64,000 nucleotides of DNA from an uncultured Azospirillum sp. (GCA_947301965.1 CAMYUM010000001.1:95635-159634), one strand, 5' to 3'; shown: positions 16,790 through 26,830, counted from the stretch's first letter. The notes: generated from the sequence alone by a model not told the origin. Made by a program: numbers and translations.

Positions 16790-19700
16790 TTACCACGCGT
16801 AGTTTAAACCAGCACCCAAAGCAATGGCATCATAGCTTGAGCCGAAGGTGTAGTTAGCCCAGGCATAGCCGGACAAAGCATCGGTAAAGCCGTAACGTCC
16901 GCCAATTTCAACTCTGCCTAAAGTTTGGTCGCTGTAAGTAGAGGCTTTGTTCATGCCGGTAATCATTACACTGTCGCCGTTGGTAAAGGTACGGATTACA
17001 CTCGGCTTGATATAAACTTTGGCATTATCAAACTGTTTTTCGAGTTTGGCACCCAATTCTGCTTCCAAATGTTTGATGTCTTCCCATTCATAATGTTTAC
17101 CTACATTGTCATCTGCATCATCAAAGTTAACTTGAGTATAGTATATTCCAACACTAGGATCTAACAGTAAGTCATTAGCGAGAGGAATGGTTCTTCCGAT
17201 TTCAATACTGGCTCCAAATTCTACTCCGTCTGTACTGAATTTAGCTATACCGTCATCAGTCTTAACATCGGCTTGTTGAACTCCTCCATATAAGGTAGCA
17301 AATGCCCAGACTAGATATCTATCATAACGATAATATAATCCGGCTAAATAACTGTCTATTTCAATGCTAGAGCCTATGTTAGAGCGGAACTTGTCGCCTT
17401 TGCCCGAGAGGTCATAATCACCTTTACGATAAGAGGCAAATACACCCAAGGTATTATGAGGATCATTCTGAATATCAAATCCGCCTTCAATACCCCAAAT
17501 CTTGGCTTCCATATCAACAGGTTTTTCAATGTCAGCACTTTCGCCTTGAGCCAATACCCATACATTGTGCAGTTTTTCACCGTTCCAGCCGTAATCATAA
17601 ACACCACAGCCGGGGCAGAGTTCACGTCCGGCGGCAACTTTGTTATTTACGTTGCGGACAACGCTGCGAGTTTGTTCGATAGCGGCTTCGTGTAAGCCAA
17701 TACCGGCTACTACTTCAGGTGCATAAATCTTTTCCGGTTTCGGTTGAGGTTCCGGTTCTGGATCTGGTTCAGGTGGAACATAATCCGGGTTTTCTTCATC
17801 AGTCAAATTCAAGTACCAAGTTGAACCAGCATCTTCACCTTTGGCATTAATGGATCCGTCCCACATATACGGACTACCGATTACACGGGCAACCGCAAAC
17901 CTTGAAGATGTTTCGGTATCATCATACGGCGCAAACAGGAACGGGACAATGGCATCATCTTTGTTGTCCAAAACATCGGGGTTGAGAGAGTTGACCAATA
18001 CTCGATATTCACCCTCAACATCACCATCAACATAAATTTGTCCGGTATTGACTTTATTATTAGCTTTATCAACTTCTACATCTACTGTGATGATCGGGGA
18101 TGATCCAGCTCCTGCGGAGTTAGAAGTCGTCATATTCTGAGTAAAGACTTTAGACTTTAATCCCAGGTGGGTAATAGAGTTTGCACCCAACGTGAAGTTA
18201 GTTACGTTTTCAACCAAATTATTAAATTTGACCACACCTGTGCCGTCACCGGAAATGTTGACGTTATAAATTCGACCATCTATGCCATCGTTGAAAGTTA
18301 TTGTGCCATTGTTAACTGCAGAAAGATTTAAGTTTGCAGGCTGTTCTGGTTCATATGTTTCACAATCTTCACATTCTATTTCGGGTTGTCCTTGCATATA
18401 AATCGCATTATTTTTACCATTTACCTTATTTCCGTCAAACAATGATGCCCCATTGTCGGCAGAAATTAGTATGTCTGTATATTCTGAAAAAATTGCCCCA
18501 CCTTTAGAATCATCGTCGCCTTCAACATAGTTGTTTATAAAGTTGGAATTTATAATGTTGACGGTACCTCGATCAATAAAAATAGCTCCACCATATGCAC
18601 TTGAAGAAGTTGACGATGCATGGTTTTCGATAAAATTACCAACAAGCCTGTCAATTTTAGAATTGTTGTCACTGGTAATAGCTCCACCGTAAGCTCCGGA
18701 ATCACCTTGAGCATAGTTACCTATAAAGTCACCTGTTATGCTGCCAATATCCGCGCCGCCGATGTAGAGGCTTCCGCCATTAGCATAATCTCCCAGGGAA
18801 TAGTTACCTGTAAAATTACCGGTGATATTGTTAATTGCAGAATCGCTGTTACTGACAATAGCACCACCAGAAGCAGAAGCACCAGCAGATATTGTTTGAA
18901 CATAGTTACCAGTAAAATTACCGCTTATATCGCCGATTGAACCGCTATTATAAATAGCACCAGCAGAAGCGTCGATGTTTGTTGATAGTGAGTGATTGCT
19001 GATAAAATCAGAATCGACAATACTATCGATGGAGTTAGCGTTATAAATTGCGCCACCGGAGGCGTAGTTGTTTGTGCTTTCAGCAGTGTTTCCGATAAAT
19101 GTACCGGACAAGGTGCCGATTACCCCGCTAAAGGCATCTGATGCAGAAGCTTGAGAGGTGTTGTTGATGGCGCCACCCCAAACGTAGCTATTTTGAGATT
19201 TAGCACGGTTGCCGATAAAGTTTGCATTTATGTTGTTAATTGTTGCATGGTTATCGATTGCACCACCATGTATAAATTTTCCTGAAGCACCGGTTGAATG
19301 GCCGTAGTTATTAACAAAATTGCCCTCAATAGTATCAATTGTTGCGGCAGCAGATGATGTAGAATCAAAATATATGGCTGGTCCGACGACGCTTCCTGTT
19401 GCAGATGAAGTAGTGTTACCGACAAAATCGCCGGATATTGTTCCCAAAGAAATTGGGGTTCCGCGTAATGACAAACCGGCACCATAAGCGGTTGTAGAAG
19501 ATGTTGCAGATGAGGAGTTATTTACAAAATCAGAGTTTATATCCAAATCGGAAATATTGGTGCCCTTGCTATAAATAGCACCACCGTCAGCAGGGCCGGA
19601 GATATTGGTGAATACTTTGTTGTTTACATCGGCTGTTGCTAAAGTGTTATTAATCCGGGTTGAGGTTTCGGTGTAATCATCAGGTTTGTTATAGGTATAA

Positions 19701-19870
19701 TAAAAAGTTTTTTCCCCGATGGTTACAGCCGTTCCCTCGCTGTCTGACCAAGAGATTTTGTTTCCGGTTAAGCTGTTTAGATAATCCGCATCGACATCAT
19801 CAGCCAATGCCGGTGTGCTTAAAAACGTGGCGGTGAGCAATGATGCCGCGGTAAAATGAAGTTTATTCAT
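16790..19870 (-). CDS. Autotransporter (type Va secretion) with a Pmp-like (GGA[IL]/FxxN) repeat passenger domain
   Basis: It has a signal peptide (ASLLTATFLSTPALA), at least ten repeats of F(I/V/T)GN...GGAI(Y/F/D)N, a PEPDPEPEPQPKP linker and a C-terminal beta-barrel ending in W. Confidence 0.85.
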   Translation of the reverse strand: MNKLHFTAASLLTATFLSTPALADDVDADYLNSLTGNKISWSDSEGTAVTIGEKTFYYTYNKPDDYTETSTRINNTLATADVNNKVFTNISGPADGGAIYSKGTNISDLDINSDFVNNSSSATSSTTAYGAGLSLRGTPISLGTISGDFVGNTTSSATGSVVGPAIYFDSTSSAAATIDTIEGNFVNNYGHSTGASGKFIHGGAIDNHATINNINANFIGNRAKSQNSYVWGGAINNTSQASASDAFSGVIGTLSGTFIGNTAESTNNYASGGAIYNANSIDSIVDSDFISNHSLSTNIDASAGAIYNSGSIGDISGNFTGNYVQTISAGASASGGAIVSNSDSAINNITGNFTGNYSLGDYANGGSLYIGGADIGSITGDFIGNYAQGDSGAYGGAITSDNNSKIDRLVGNFIENHASSTSSSAYGGAIFIDRGTVNIINSNFINNYVEGDDDSKGGAIFSEYTDILISADNGASLFDGNKVNGKNNAIYMQGQPEIECEDCETYEPEQPANLNLSAVNNGTITFNDGIDGRIYNVNISGDGTGVVKFNNLVENVTNFTLGANSITHLGLKSKVFTQNMTTSNSAGAGSSPIITVDVEVDKANNKVNTGQIYVDGDVEGEYRVLVNSLNPDVLDNKDDAIVPFLFAPYDDTETSSRFAVARVIGSPYMWDGSINAKGEDAGSTWYLNLTDEENPDYVPPEPDPEPEPQPKPEKIYAPEVVAGIGLHEAAIEQTRSVVRNVNNKVAAGRELCPGCGVYDYGWNGEKLHNVWVLAQGESADIEKPVDMEAKIWGIEGGFDIQNDPHNTLGVFASYRKGDYDLSGKGDKFRSNIGSSIEIDSYLAGLYYRYDRYLVWAFATLYGGVQQADVKTDDGIAKFSTDGVEFGASIEIGRTIPLANDLLLDPSVGIYYTQVNFDDADDNVGKHYEWEDIKHLEAELGAKLEKQFDNAKVYIKPSVIRTFTNGDSVMITGMNKASTYSDQTLGRVEIGGRYGFTDALSGYAWANYTFGSSYDAIALGAGLNYAW

Positions 19871-19961
19871 GGCGCTTTTCCTATAAACTACAGTTACAGA
19901 CTTTGATTAAGAATATATGGAAAAGCTTAAAAAGCGGTTAAGGGAAACAGTTTTTGACAAA

Positions 19962-19990
19962 CAAAAAAACCCCGCAAATCGCGGGGTTTT
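19962..19990. terminator. Terminator downstream of rplI
   Basis: Hairpin ccccgcaaatcgcgggg with flanking A and T runs. Confidence 0.65.
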
Positions 19991-20006
19991 AACAAAAACA
20001 GAATTT

Positions 20007-20489
20007 TTATTTATTGAAATTATTTTCCTGTCTTTTAGCTTCGTCTTCAGTACGAGCAACGTTAACCAAAATCTCTTGGCTGACTTCCGGGTGAAGATTG
20101 ATTTTTACACGGTAAATACCAAGATCTTTAATCGGACGCTCCAAAGAAATGAAACGACGCTCAACATTCTTGCCGGCCTCTTTCATAGCAGAAGCAATGT
20201 CACGAATGTTAACTGAACCGTAGAGTTGTCCGGTTTCGGCAGCTTGACGAATCAAAACAACTTTGAAACCTTCCAAATCAGCAGCCTGCTTGGTTGCGTT
20301 TTCAAACAAAGCCTTGTTGTGAGCTTCGAGCTCGGCTTTTTGTTTTTCATAAACAGCCAAGTTGGCTTCGGTTGCACGAAGAGCCTTTTTTGAAGGCAAA
20401 AGGTAATTGCGGGCATAACCGTTTTTTACGGTAACTTTGTCGCCCATCTTACCCAATTTGTTAATGTGTTCCAAAAGAATTACTTCCAT
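20007..20489 (-). CDS. rplI: 50S ribosomal protein L9
   Basis: The 160-aa protein matches the L9 N- and C-domain consensus. Confidence 0.9.
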   Translation of the reverse strand: MEVILLEHINKLGKMGDKVTVKNGYARNYLLPSKKALRATEANLAVYEKQKAELEAHNKALFENATKQAADLEGFKVVLIRQAAETGQLYGSVNIRDIASAMKEAGKNVERRFISLERPIKDLGIYRVKINLHPEVSQEILVNVARTEDEAKRQENNFNK

Positions 20490-20500
20490 CTCCGTCCTCC

Positions 20501-20737
20501 TTAATCAGCAACAAAAGGAAGAAGAGCAATGTAGCGGGCGCGTTTGATGGCGCGAGCCAATTCTCTCTGCTTTTTGGCAGAAACGTTAGTAATACGACTT
20601 GGAATGATTTTGCCTTTTTCAGAAATGTAACGGCTCAAGAGTTTTACGTCTTTGTAGTCGATAACCATTCCATCTTCACCTGAAAACGGGCAGCCTTTTT
20701 TCTTCTTAAAGAAAGTTTGTTTATTTGCCATGGTCAA
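20501..20737 (-). CDS. rpsR: 30S ribosomal protein S18
   Basis: [59 protein letters not shown] matches S18. Confidence 0.9.
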   Translation of the reverse strand: MTMANKQTFFKKKKGCPFSGEDGMVIDYKDVKLLSRYISEKGKIIPSRITNVSAKKQRELARAIKRARYIALLPFVAD

Positions 20738-21079
20738 TTACTCCGCTTCTTCAACTGGTTCTTTGTCTTCAGAAGATGAAAGTCCTTCACAGAACTCGTC
20801 AACTTTTAAGGTCATATAACGAATGATGTCTTCGTTAAAGCGCATAACACGCTCATATTCAGCAATGGCCGAAGCCGGAGCTGAGATGTTCATCAATACG
20901 TAATGTCCTTTGCGGTTTTTCTTGATGCGATAAGCCAAGGTTTTAAGACCCCAGTTATCAACTCTTACAACCTCGCCGCCTTCTTTTTTAATAACATCAG
21001 AAAGTTCTGATACAATGTTATTTACTTGTGATGCGCCGAGATCCTGACGTGCAATCAGCACGCTTTCGTATTTTTGCAT
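20738..21079 (-). CDS. rpsF: 30S ribosomal protein S6
   Basis: MQKYESVLIARQDL...WGLKTLAYRIKK matches S6 and ends in an acidic tail. Confidence 0.9.
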   Translation of the reverse strand: MQKYESVLIARQDLGASQVNNIVSELSDVIKKEGGEVVRVDNWGLKTLAYRIKKNRKGHYVLMNISAPASAIAEYERVMRFNEDIIRYMTLKVDEFCEGLSSSEDKEPVEEAE

Positions 21080-21293
21080 ATATAAACTCCTTATGGATTC
21101 TCAACAAAACCCCTTATTACTAAGGGAGGTTAATGTATAGCCGAAGACTAAACTCCGGCAAGGGACGCCGCTTAATATACAATAAAACTTTAATTTGGCA
21201 AGCTTTTTTTGGTAATAAACGAATTTAATTTATTGCAAAGGGAAATAAAAACATTTATTCTTTGAAAAAACTAGGGTTTCAAAGGGTTGAAAA

Positions 21294-21656
21294 ATGAAAC
21301 ATAATATTGGTGTTTGTGCTTTGTTTTTGTTGCTTTTTATAGCCGGATGCACAAGCAATGAAACAGTGTGGATGTCGGAAGAAGACTGTGAAAACGAGGC
21401 AAAAGTGGTCGTTCTCGGTAATCGTCCGTATAATACAAAATCAACAATTTTTTTGGTCAATCAAAACACCGGAGAGCTTGCGTGCTGTCAAGACACACCG
21501 ATGGTGAGCGCGGAAGAGTGCGCATGGGCGCTGGAACAAACCTGTTTTAAACGGGTTGAAGATTTGCCCAGAGGAATTGCAAACTATGACTTTTTGAAGC
21601 CGGGAACTTATCCGACCAGACGTTGGCGTGATGGCGAAACTACGCCAAGGTGGTGA
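21294..21656 (+). CDS. Hypothetical small Cys-rich lipoprotein
   Basis: Lipobox FIAGC and six further Cys residues. No family was recognised. Confidence 0.45.
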   Translation: MKHNIGVCALFLLLFIAGCTSNETVWMSEEDCENEAKVVVLGNRPYNTKSTIFLVNQNTGELACCQDTPMVSAEECAWALEQTCFKRVEDLPRGIANYDFLKPGTYPTRRWRDGETTPRW

Positions 21657-21659
21657 TTA

Positions 21660-23183
21660 ATGCTGTCAAGAGTGAAGACTGTTGCCTTTAACGGCTTGGA
21701 AATTCTTGATGTTGAAGTTCAGGTGCAAATTTTATCGGGGATGCCGGCATTTACAATCGTGGGCTTGCCTGACAAAGCGGTGGCCGAAAGCAGAGAACGC
21801 ATTCGCGCCGCTCTTTTTTCTATGGGACTTAAGCTGCCGGCAAAGAGGATTACAATTAATCTAGCTCCGGCAGATATTTTGAAAGAGGGAACCCACTATG
21901 ACCTGCCGCTGGCTTTGGGATTGTTGTGCGGTATGGGTTTGATTAAGCAAGAAAATTTGTCGGGATATGTCGCTGTGGGCGAAATCGGGCTGGATGGTGC
22001 GGTTATTAAGGTTGACGGGGTGCTGCCCGCCGCCATAAGAGCCGAAAAAATCGGTTGCGGCTTTATTTGTCCGGCTGATCAGGGAGGTGAAGCCGCCTGG
22101 TCAGGGGCAAAAAATATTGTACCGATTAAAAATTTGTCAGAACTGGTGGCTTTCTTTAAAGGCGAGGCGGTTATTGCACAGCCGGAGCCAAAAACCGCGG
22201 TTGAAACGACAAGCGAGCTTGATATGCGCGATGTTAAAGGACAGGAAAGCGCAAAACGAGCCATGGAGATTGCCGCTGCCGGCGGGCATAATTTGATTAT
22301 GGTCGGTCCTCCGGGAGCGGGAAAGTCAATGTTGGCGGCGCGATTGCCGACGATTTTACCGCTGATGACAAGAAGCGAGGCAATAGAAACAAGCATGATA
22401 GCCTCAATTGTTGGAGAATTTAAGGGAGACAGTTTGAGTTTTGTGCGGCCGTTTCGTTCTCCGCACCATAGCGCATCAACACCGGCTTTGGTGGGCGGCG
22501 GAAGACCGGCAAGACCGGGAGAAATTTCGCTGGCCAACAACGGAGTGCTGTTTTTGGACGAGTTGCCGGAGTTTGCCCGCTCAACGTTAGAAGCTTTGCG
22601 TCAGCCGTTGGAAAGCGGCAGGATTAATATATCAAGAGTTAATTCTCATGTTGAATTTCCCGCAAAAATTCAGCTTGTTGCGGCAATGAACCCTTGTCGA
22701 TGCGGACATTTGGGTAATCCGGCGCGGGAATGTCCGCGGGCACCAAAGTGTGCACAAGAATATCAGGCAAAAATATCGGGTCCGCTGTTGGACAGGATTG
22801 ATATTCAGATTGAAGTGCCGGCCGTCAGTCCTTGGGATATGTCGGAAGTCGCAAGCGGAGAAAGCAGTGCAGATATTCGCAAACGTGTGGTTGCAGCAAG
22901 AGAGGTGCAACAGCAGAGGTTTGATAAATTCGGACGAGGAGATTTGCACACAAATTCCGAGCTAAGCGGCGATATGCTTGAGGAAGCGGCAATTATGGAC
23001 AATGATGCAAAAGAACTATTGATAAATTATGCGAATCGTGTAAAATTGTCCGCTAGAGGGTATAATCGCACTTTAAAGTTAGCAAGAACAATTGCGGACT
23101 TGCAAAATGAAATTAAATTGCATAAGATACACATAGCCGAGGCTCTGTCCATGAGGTGGAAAGTGCCGGAATACAAGATTTAG
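21660..23183 (+). CDS. comM: Mg-chelatase-like AAA+ ATPase YifB/ComM
   Basis: The 507-aa protein has a Lon-like N-domain, Walker A GPPGAGKS, and the conserved C-terminal NPCRCGHLG Cys motif. Confidence 0.85.
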   Translation: MLSRVKTVAFNGLEILDVEVQVQILSGMPAFTIVGLPDKAVAESRERIRAALFSMGLKLPAKRITINLAPADILKEGTHYDLPLALGLLCGMGLIKQENLSGYVAVGEIGLDGAVIKVDGVLPAAIRAEKIGCGFICPADQGGEAAWSGAKNIVPIKNLSELVAFFKGEAVIAQPEPKTAVETTSELDMRDVKGQESAKRAMEIAAAGGHNLIMVGPPGAGKSMLAARLPTILPLMTRSEAIETSMIASIVGEFKGDSLSFVRPFRSPHHSASTPALVGGGRPARPGEISLANNGVLFLDELPEFARSTLEALRQPLESGRINISRVNSHVEFPAKIQLVAAMNPCRCGHLGNPARECPRAPKCAQEYQAKISGPLLDRIDIQIEVPAVSPWDMSEVASGESSADIRKRVVAAREVQQQRFDKFGRGDLHTNSELSGDMLEEAAIMDNDAKELLINYANRVKLSARGYNRTLKLARTIADLQNEIKLHKIHIAEALSMRWKVPEYKI

Positions 23184-23196
23184 GAGATGACGAACA

Positions 23197-25767
23197 ATGC
23201 TTAAAAAAATATCAAAAACACTGTTGTTGGCAATGGTGGTAAATGGTATGTTTTGGTGCGTAGCCAAAAACGCCGATGCTGCTTGCGCCGCTTGTAATGA
23301 CCGAATTGAAGAACAGGCACCGAGGTTTGTTAAAAACTCCGGCTATAAACCGGAAATTATACAACCGGTAGTCAAAAATTATGACTGCTCGGCCCCAAAG
23401 CCTGAATATGTGCCGGCTCCGGAAATGCCGGTTAAGCAAGAAAAATTTGTTCGTCCGGCTCCGAAGAAGGTTGCATTTATTCCTAATGTAAGCACTTATC
23501 AAAATAAACACTTAAAGCCGCTTGATGATGTTGAAGTTTCTATGAAAAACAGAGTGTCAACATGCACCGAAACGCGCGGCGCTAAACCGACAGGTCCCGA
23601 GTTTGTTATGTCATCTCGCTCGGAAAGACAGGTCGCGTTCGGCGATCAGCCTTGTCGTGACGGAAGCATTTTCGGCGGACACGATTGTCATTCAAGAAAT
23701 AAAAACGGAAGCATCTTCGGCGGAGAGTCTTGCAGAAGTTGCCTGAAGAAAGGAACAATTTTTGAGAGCGCTCCGTGCCAGAGTTGTAAGCAAAAATATG
23801 TATCTCATGCTCAAATACCGGCACCGGTTGCAACCCCTGCTCCTGCTCCGGCTCCGATGCCTGCTCCTTGTTGCTGCTGCAATTGCAACAGTTTTGCTCC
23901 TGTTCCGGCATATGCACCGACAATGACTTATACTACAATTCCCGCTCCGGCTCCGATGCCGGTTCCGATGGCGGCAAATTGCAATTGTGCCGGAAACTAC
24001 GGTGTCGGCGCACAGATTAATGCCCAAGTTGTTGCTCCGCAGGCACCTTGCCCGTGCAAAGGCAAACAACAGGTTCATCAGGAAAAAGTACATGACAGCG
24101 GAGCAATTTTCCCGGGTGGAAGCTGCAAGAGCTGTATGAAGAAAGGCACAATTCTGGAAAGCGGAAGTTGTAAGAGTTGCATGAAAAAAGGTACAATCTT
24201 GGAAAGCGGCAGTTGCACCAGATGCAAAAAGAAAGGATCTTGCACAAAATGTAAACAGCCGAAACCGGAACCGGCTCCAAAGCCGTGCGTAAAGAAACGC
24301 ACCGTTGAGCCGACAATCCGCGATTGTTCATTGTTTGCACCAATCAGCATGGAATGGGTTGACTTCAGAATTAATCGTAACGGCGATAATAAGACCTATT
24401 CACGTAATTTGGGCAAGTATCGTTTCAGAATTTTCGGTTGCCGCAGAAACGCCAAGAATACGGTTTTGAACGAAGGACGCTTGGTAGAGAAAGACATGAA
24501 TTTCAATGAAATCTTTACCGATATGGTTTCGGACTGCTACAAAATTGTTAATATGCAGGAGTGTATTGATGAAAACAGCCCGTTACCGGAATATGTTTTG
24601 ACTGCTGAAATTACCGATTTGTTCCTCGATGTTTGCGATGAATATAATTGGGGCGATGTCAGAATGGAAAACAGCCGTAGCGGTTCTTCAGAAATTACCG
24701 TGGTCTGGAGATTGATGGATATAAGCAAAACCAATGTTTTGTGGAAAGGTCAGACCAAAGGTTACGGAAAACTCGAGGTCGGCGAATATAACGGTGAGAC
24801 CGTTTTGGTTCAGCGTGCGTTTGCCGATGCTTCAAACAATCTGCAATATCAACCGGGATTTGAGGACCAGTTGAAGGTAAGACTTTCACCGGAAGAAGTT
24901 GAACAACAAAGAAGAATTATAATGGAAGCTCAAAAAGCCAGCGGTATCTGCCAGCCTAAAGTTGTTGAAGACTTTGGTGTAGTATCGTCAGGCGTGGTCG
25001 ACGAAGTTAAGGTTGAAACACCGGAACCTGTTGTTTCAAGTGCAATATTTGAGGCCGATAAACTCTGTATTGTTGAAAGAGCAGATATTGATAATATGAC
25101 TACGGAAGATGTCTGCAAAATGAGAAATTCCGTTGTTAAGATTAAAAATGCCAAAGGAGTTGAGGGCGCAGGTCTGTTGATTTCAGAACAATTTGTAATG
25201 ACTTCGGCAGATTTGGTAGACCGCAGCAATAACCAATATACGGTTGAAACAGCAAGCGGCAAGACAATGTCAGCCAAGGCGTTCCGTGCTAACCCACGTC
25301 GCAACACAGCGTTGTTGGTATTGGGAGAGGCTGCAGAATATACTCCGCTGGGACTTAACCTCGAATTGCCGGCCGTAGGTAAAGAAAGCTATCAGTTCGT
25401 AGGGTTGAAACCGGTAGGCAACGGTACCGATTGTATGGCTGACAGCGAGAAAGTTAACAGCTATCGTTATACTCAGGATGGGGCTGCCGAGATTATGATT
25501 GACAGTTTCAATCAAGGCACGGTAATCGGAGGAGTTTTGGTTGATAATAAGGGACGTGTAACCGGTATTGCTCACAGAGCTCCTGATGGCGCACACTTGT
25601 TCTTGCCGATGGAAACCGCAATGCGCAGTTTGGGCGTTGAGATTTGCGGCAAGGCATTCCCAGAAATTAAGCCAAAACCGAAAGTATGGGAAAAACCGGT
25701 TGCCGAGTTTATTGACAATCCGGAAGCCAAAGCCCCAGAGGCTATGCCGGTTAAGAACAGAAAATAA
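23197..25767 (+). CDS. Secreted Cys-rich repeat protein with a C-terminal catalytically inactive trypsin-like (chymotrypsin-fold) domain
   Basis: A signal peptide is followed by about six repeats of G(S/A)IFxGxSC(K/R)SC(M/L)KKGTI(L/F)ESGSC(K/Q)SC, then a Pro/Ala-rich linker with a CCCCNCN cluster. The C-terminal domain aligns with Trypsin_2 (GGVLVDNKGRVTGIAH versus GGPLVNLNGEVIGINT). At the three catalytic positions the protein has D for His, N for Asp and I for Ser. Confidence 0.65.
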   Translation: MLKKISKTLLLAMVVNGMFWCVAKNADAACAACNDRIEEQAPRFVKNSGYKPEIIQPVVKNYDCSAPKPEYVPAPEMPVKQEKFVRPAPKKVAFIPNVSTYQNKHLKPLDDVEVSMKNRVSTCTETRGAKPTGPEFVMSSRSERQVAFGDQPCRDGSIFGGHDCHSRNKNGSIFGGESCRSCLKKGTIFESAPCQSCKQKYVSHAQIPAPVATPAPAPAPMPAPCCCCNCNSFAPVPAYAPTMTYTTIPAPAPMPVPMAANCNCAGNYGVGAQINAQVVAPQAPCPCKGKQQVHQEKVHDSGAIFPGGSCKSCMKKGTILESGSCKSCMKKGTILESGSCTRCKKKGSCTKCKQPKPEPAPKPCVKKRTVEPTIRDCSLFAPISMEWVDFRINRNGDNKTYSRNLGKYRFRIFGCRRNAKNTVLNEGRLVEKDMNFNEIFTDMVSDCYKIVNMQECIDENSPLPEYVLTAEITDLFLDVCDEYNWGDVRMENSRSGSSEITVVWRLMDISKTNVLWKGQTKGYGKLEVGEYNGETVLVQRAFADASNNLQYQPGFEDQLKVRLSPEEVEQQRRIIMEAQKASGICQPKVVEDFGVVSSGVVDEVKVETPEPVVSSAIFEADKLCIVERADIDNMTTEDVCKMRNSVVKIKNAKGVEGAGLLISEQFVMTSADLVDRSNNQYTVETASGKTMSAKAFRANPRRNTALLVLGEAAEYTPLGLNLELPAVGKESYQFVGLKPVGNGTDCMADSEKVNSYRYTQDGAAEIMIDSFNQGTVIGGVLVDNKGRVTGIAHRAPDGAHLFLPMETAMRSLGVEICGKAFPEIKPKPKVWEKPVAEFIDNPEAKAPEAMPVKNRK

Positions 25768-25784
25768 TCGGTAAAAACCAAACA

Positions 25785-25812
25785 AAGCCCCTCCGTACAG
25801 AGGGGCTTTTTT
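25785..25812 (+). terminator. Rho-independent terminator after the Cys-rich gene
   Basis: Hairpin aagcccctccgtacagaggggctt followed by TTTT. Confidence 0.65.
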
Positions 25813-25824
25813 GAAAGAAGACGG

Positions 25825-26445
25825 ATGATAGATAAATTAAAAAAGTATAATGCGTTTTATGCAAACAATGGCTCTTGCGGGAACGAAAAGTATTATGAGG
25901 TGTTTAAGTATGCGGATCGAAAATCAAAACTTATTTTGTCTGCTCCGCATGCGACAAAGAGCTTTGTTAGCAAAAAAGAAAAGCCTGCAGATTTATACAC
26001 AGGCGCAATAGTTGAATATGTTGGCGAACAAACAGAGACATCTACACTTATTAGGACTAAATATGTAAATAAAAAGGAGCTGATTTCAGACTATGTAGCA
26101 AACAACGGGCTAGAAAATCATTTTTTTGTTGATGTACATGGATTTGATAAAAATATAGAATATGATGTGTGTTTAGGGATATGTGAATATGAGACTAAAG
26201 GGTATCCATATTTGGAAGATATAATTGCTATCGTGCAGAAATATAACTTAAAGACAATAGTTAATTATCCCGGTTATACGGGGAAGAGCGGATTTACAAG
26301 ACGTTATCAAGAACAATTTGGTAAGCCCAATATAATACAAATGGAATTGAAGAGATATTTGCGCGATTTTTACCATAATCCCGATATTGTCAAAAAAATA
26401 ACAATACCGATGATGATAGAGGTAGCTAATTGCTATAAAAAATAA
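25825..26445 (+). CDS. N-formylglutamate amidohydrolase (FGase) family protein
   Basis: LSAPHAT, DVHGFD and the overall size fit PF05013-type proteins. The gene is markedly more AT-rich than its neighbours. Confidence 0.5.
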   Translation: MIDKLKKYNAFYANNGSCGNEKYYEVFKYADRKSKLILSAPHATKSFVSKKEKPADLYTGAIVEYVGEQTETSTLIRTKYVNKKELISDYVANNGLENHFFVDVHGFDKNIEYDVCLGICEYETKGYPYLEDIIAIVQKYNLKTIVNYPGYTGKSGFTRRYQEQFGKPNIIQMELKRYLRDFYHNPDIVKKITIPMMIEVANCYKK

Positions 26446-26488
26446 AAGCACCGCTTTTGTGCGATGCTTTTTGTTGGGATAATGAGAT

Positions 26489-26830
26489 TTATTTTTGCTT
26501 ATCTTTTTTTTGTTGAAGGAGCCTAGCTTGGAAGCCCTTAGGTTTCCATCCGTACATAGATTCACCGTCTTTTGCTATTTTTACAGCTTGCTCCCATTCT
26601 AAATCTGCTTTCTGTGTCATATGATGAGCTTTTTGCGCGTCATAAGGGGTATCTGTGCCATGAGCGATGGAGTTGTTGTTGTAATCGTACTTAATTTTAT
26701 TAATTTCTGAATTATCCTTATTGTACTCGCCAAAGGAAGATTTTAAACCTTCTTTGCTCATGTGTTGAAAGCTTTCTGATTTGCACACGGCCTCAAGTTT
26801 TTTTAAGGCAGCTTCTTTTGACTCTTTCAT
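26489..26830 (-). CDS. Hypothetical protein (AT-rich islet)
   Basis: A 113-aa hydrophilic protein with no recognisable family. It shares the low GC content of the adjacent FGase-like gene. Confidence 0.4.
   Translation of the reverse strand: MKESKEAALKKLEAVCKSESFQHMSKEGLKSSFGEYNKDNSEINKIKYDYNNNSIAHGTDTPYDAQKAHHMTQKADLEWEQAVKIAKDGESMYGWKPKGFQARLLQQKKDKQK

Noticed and set aside
16790-19870. Regular nucleotide periodicity inside the autotransporter gene as a possible CRISPR array or non-coding satellite.
   Set aside because: The periodicity corresponds to in-frame Pmp-type protein repeats (FxxN...GGAI). The repeats vary in length, no spacer-like unique segments alternate with identical repeats, and no cas genes are present.
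23606-24350. Several long antisense ORFs (23606..23923, 23692..24093, 24017..24343 and 24078..24350, all on the minus strand) opposite the Cys-rich gene.
   Set aside because: They are shadow ORFs produced by the GC-rich, repeat-rich coding sequence of the plus-strand gene. They have no RBS and overlap one another in different frames.
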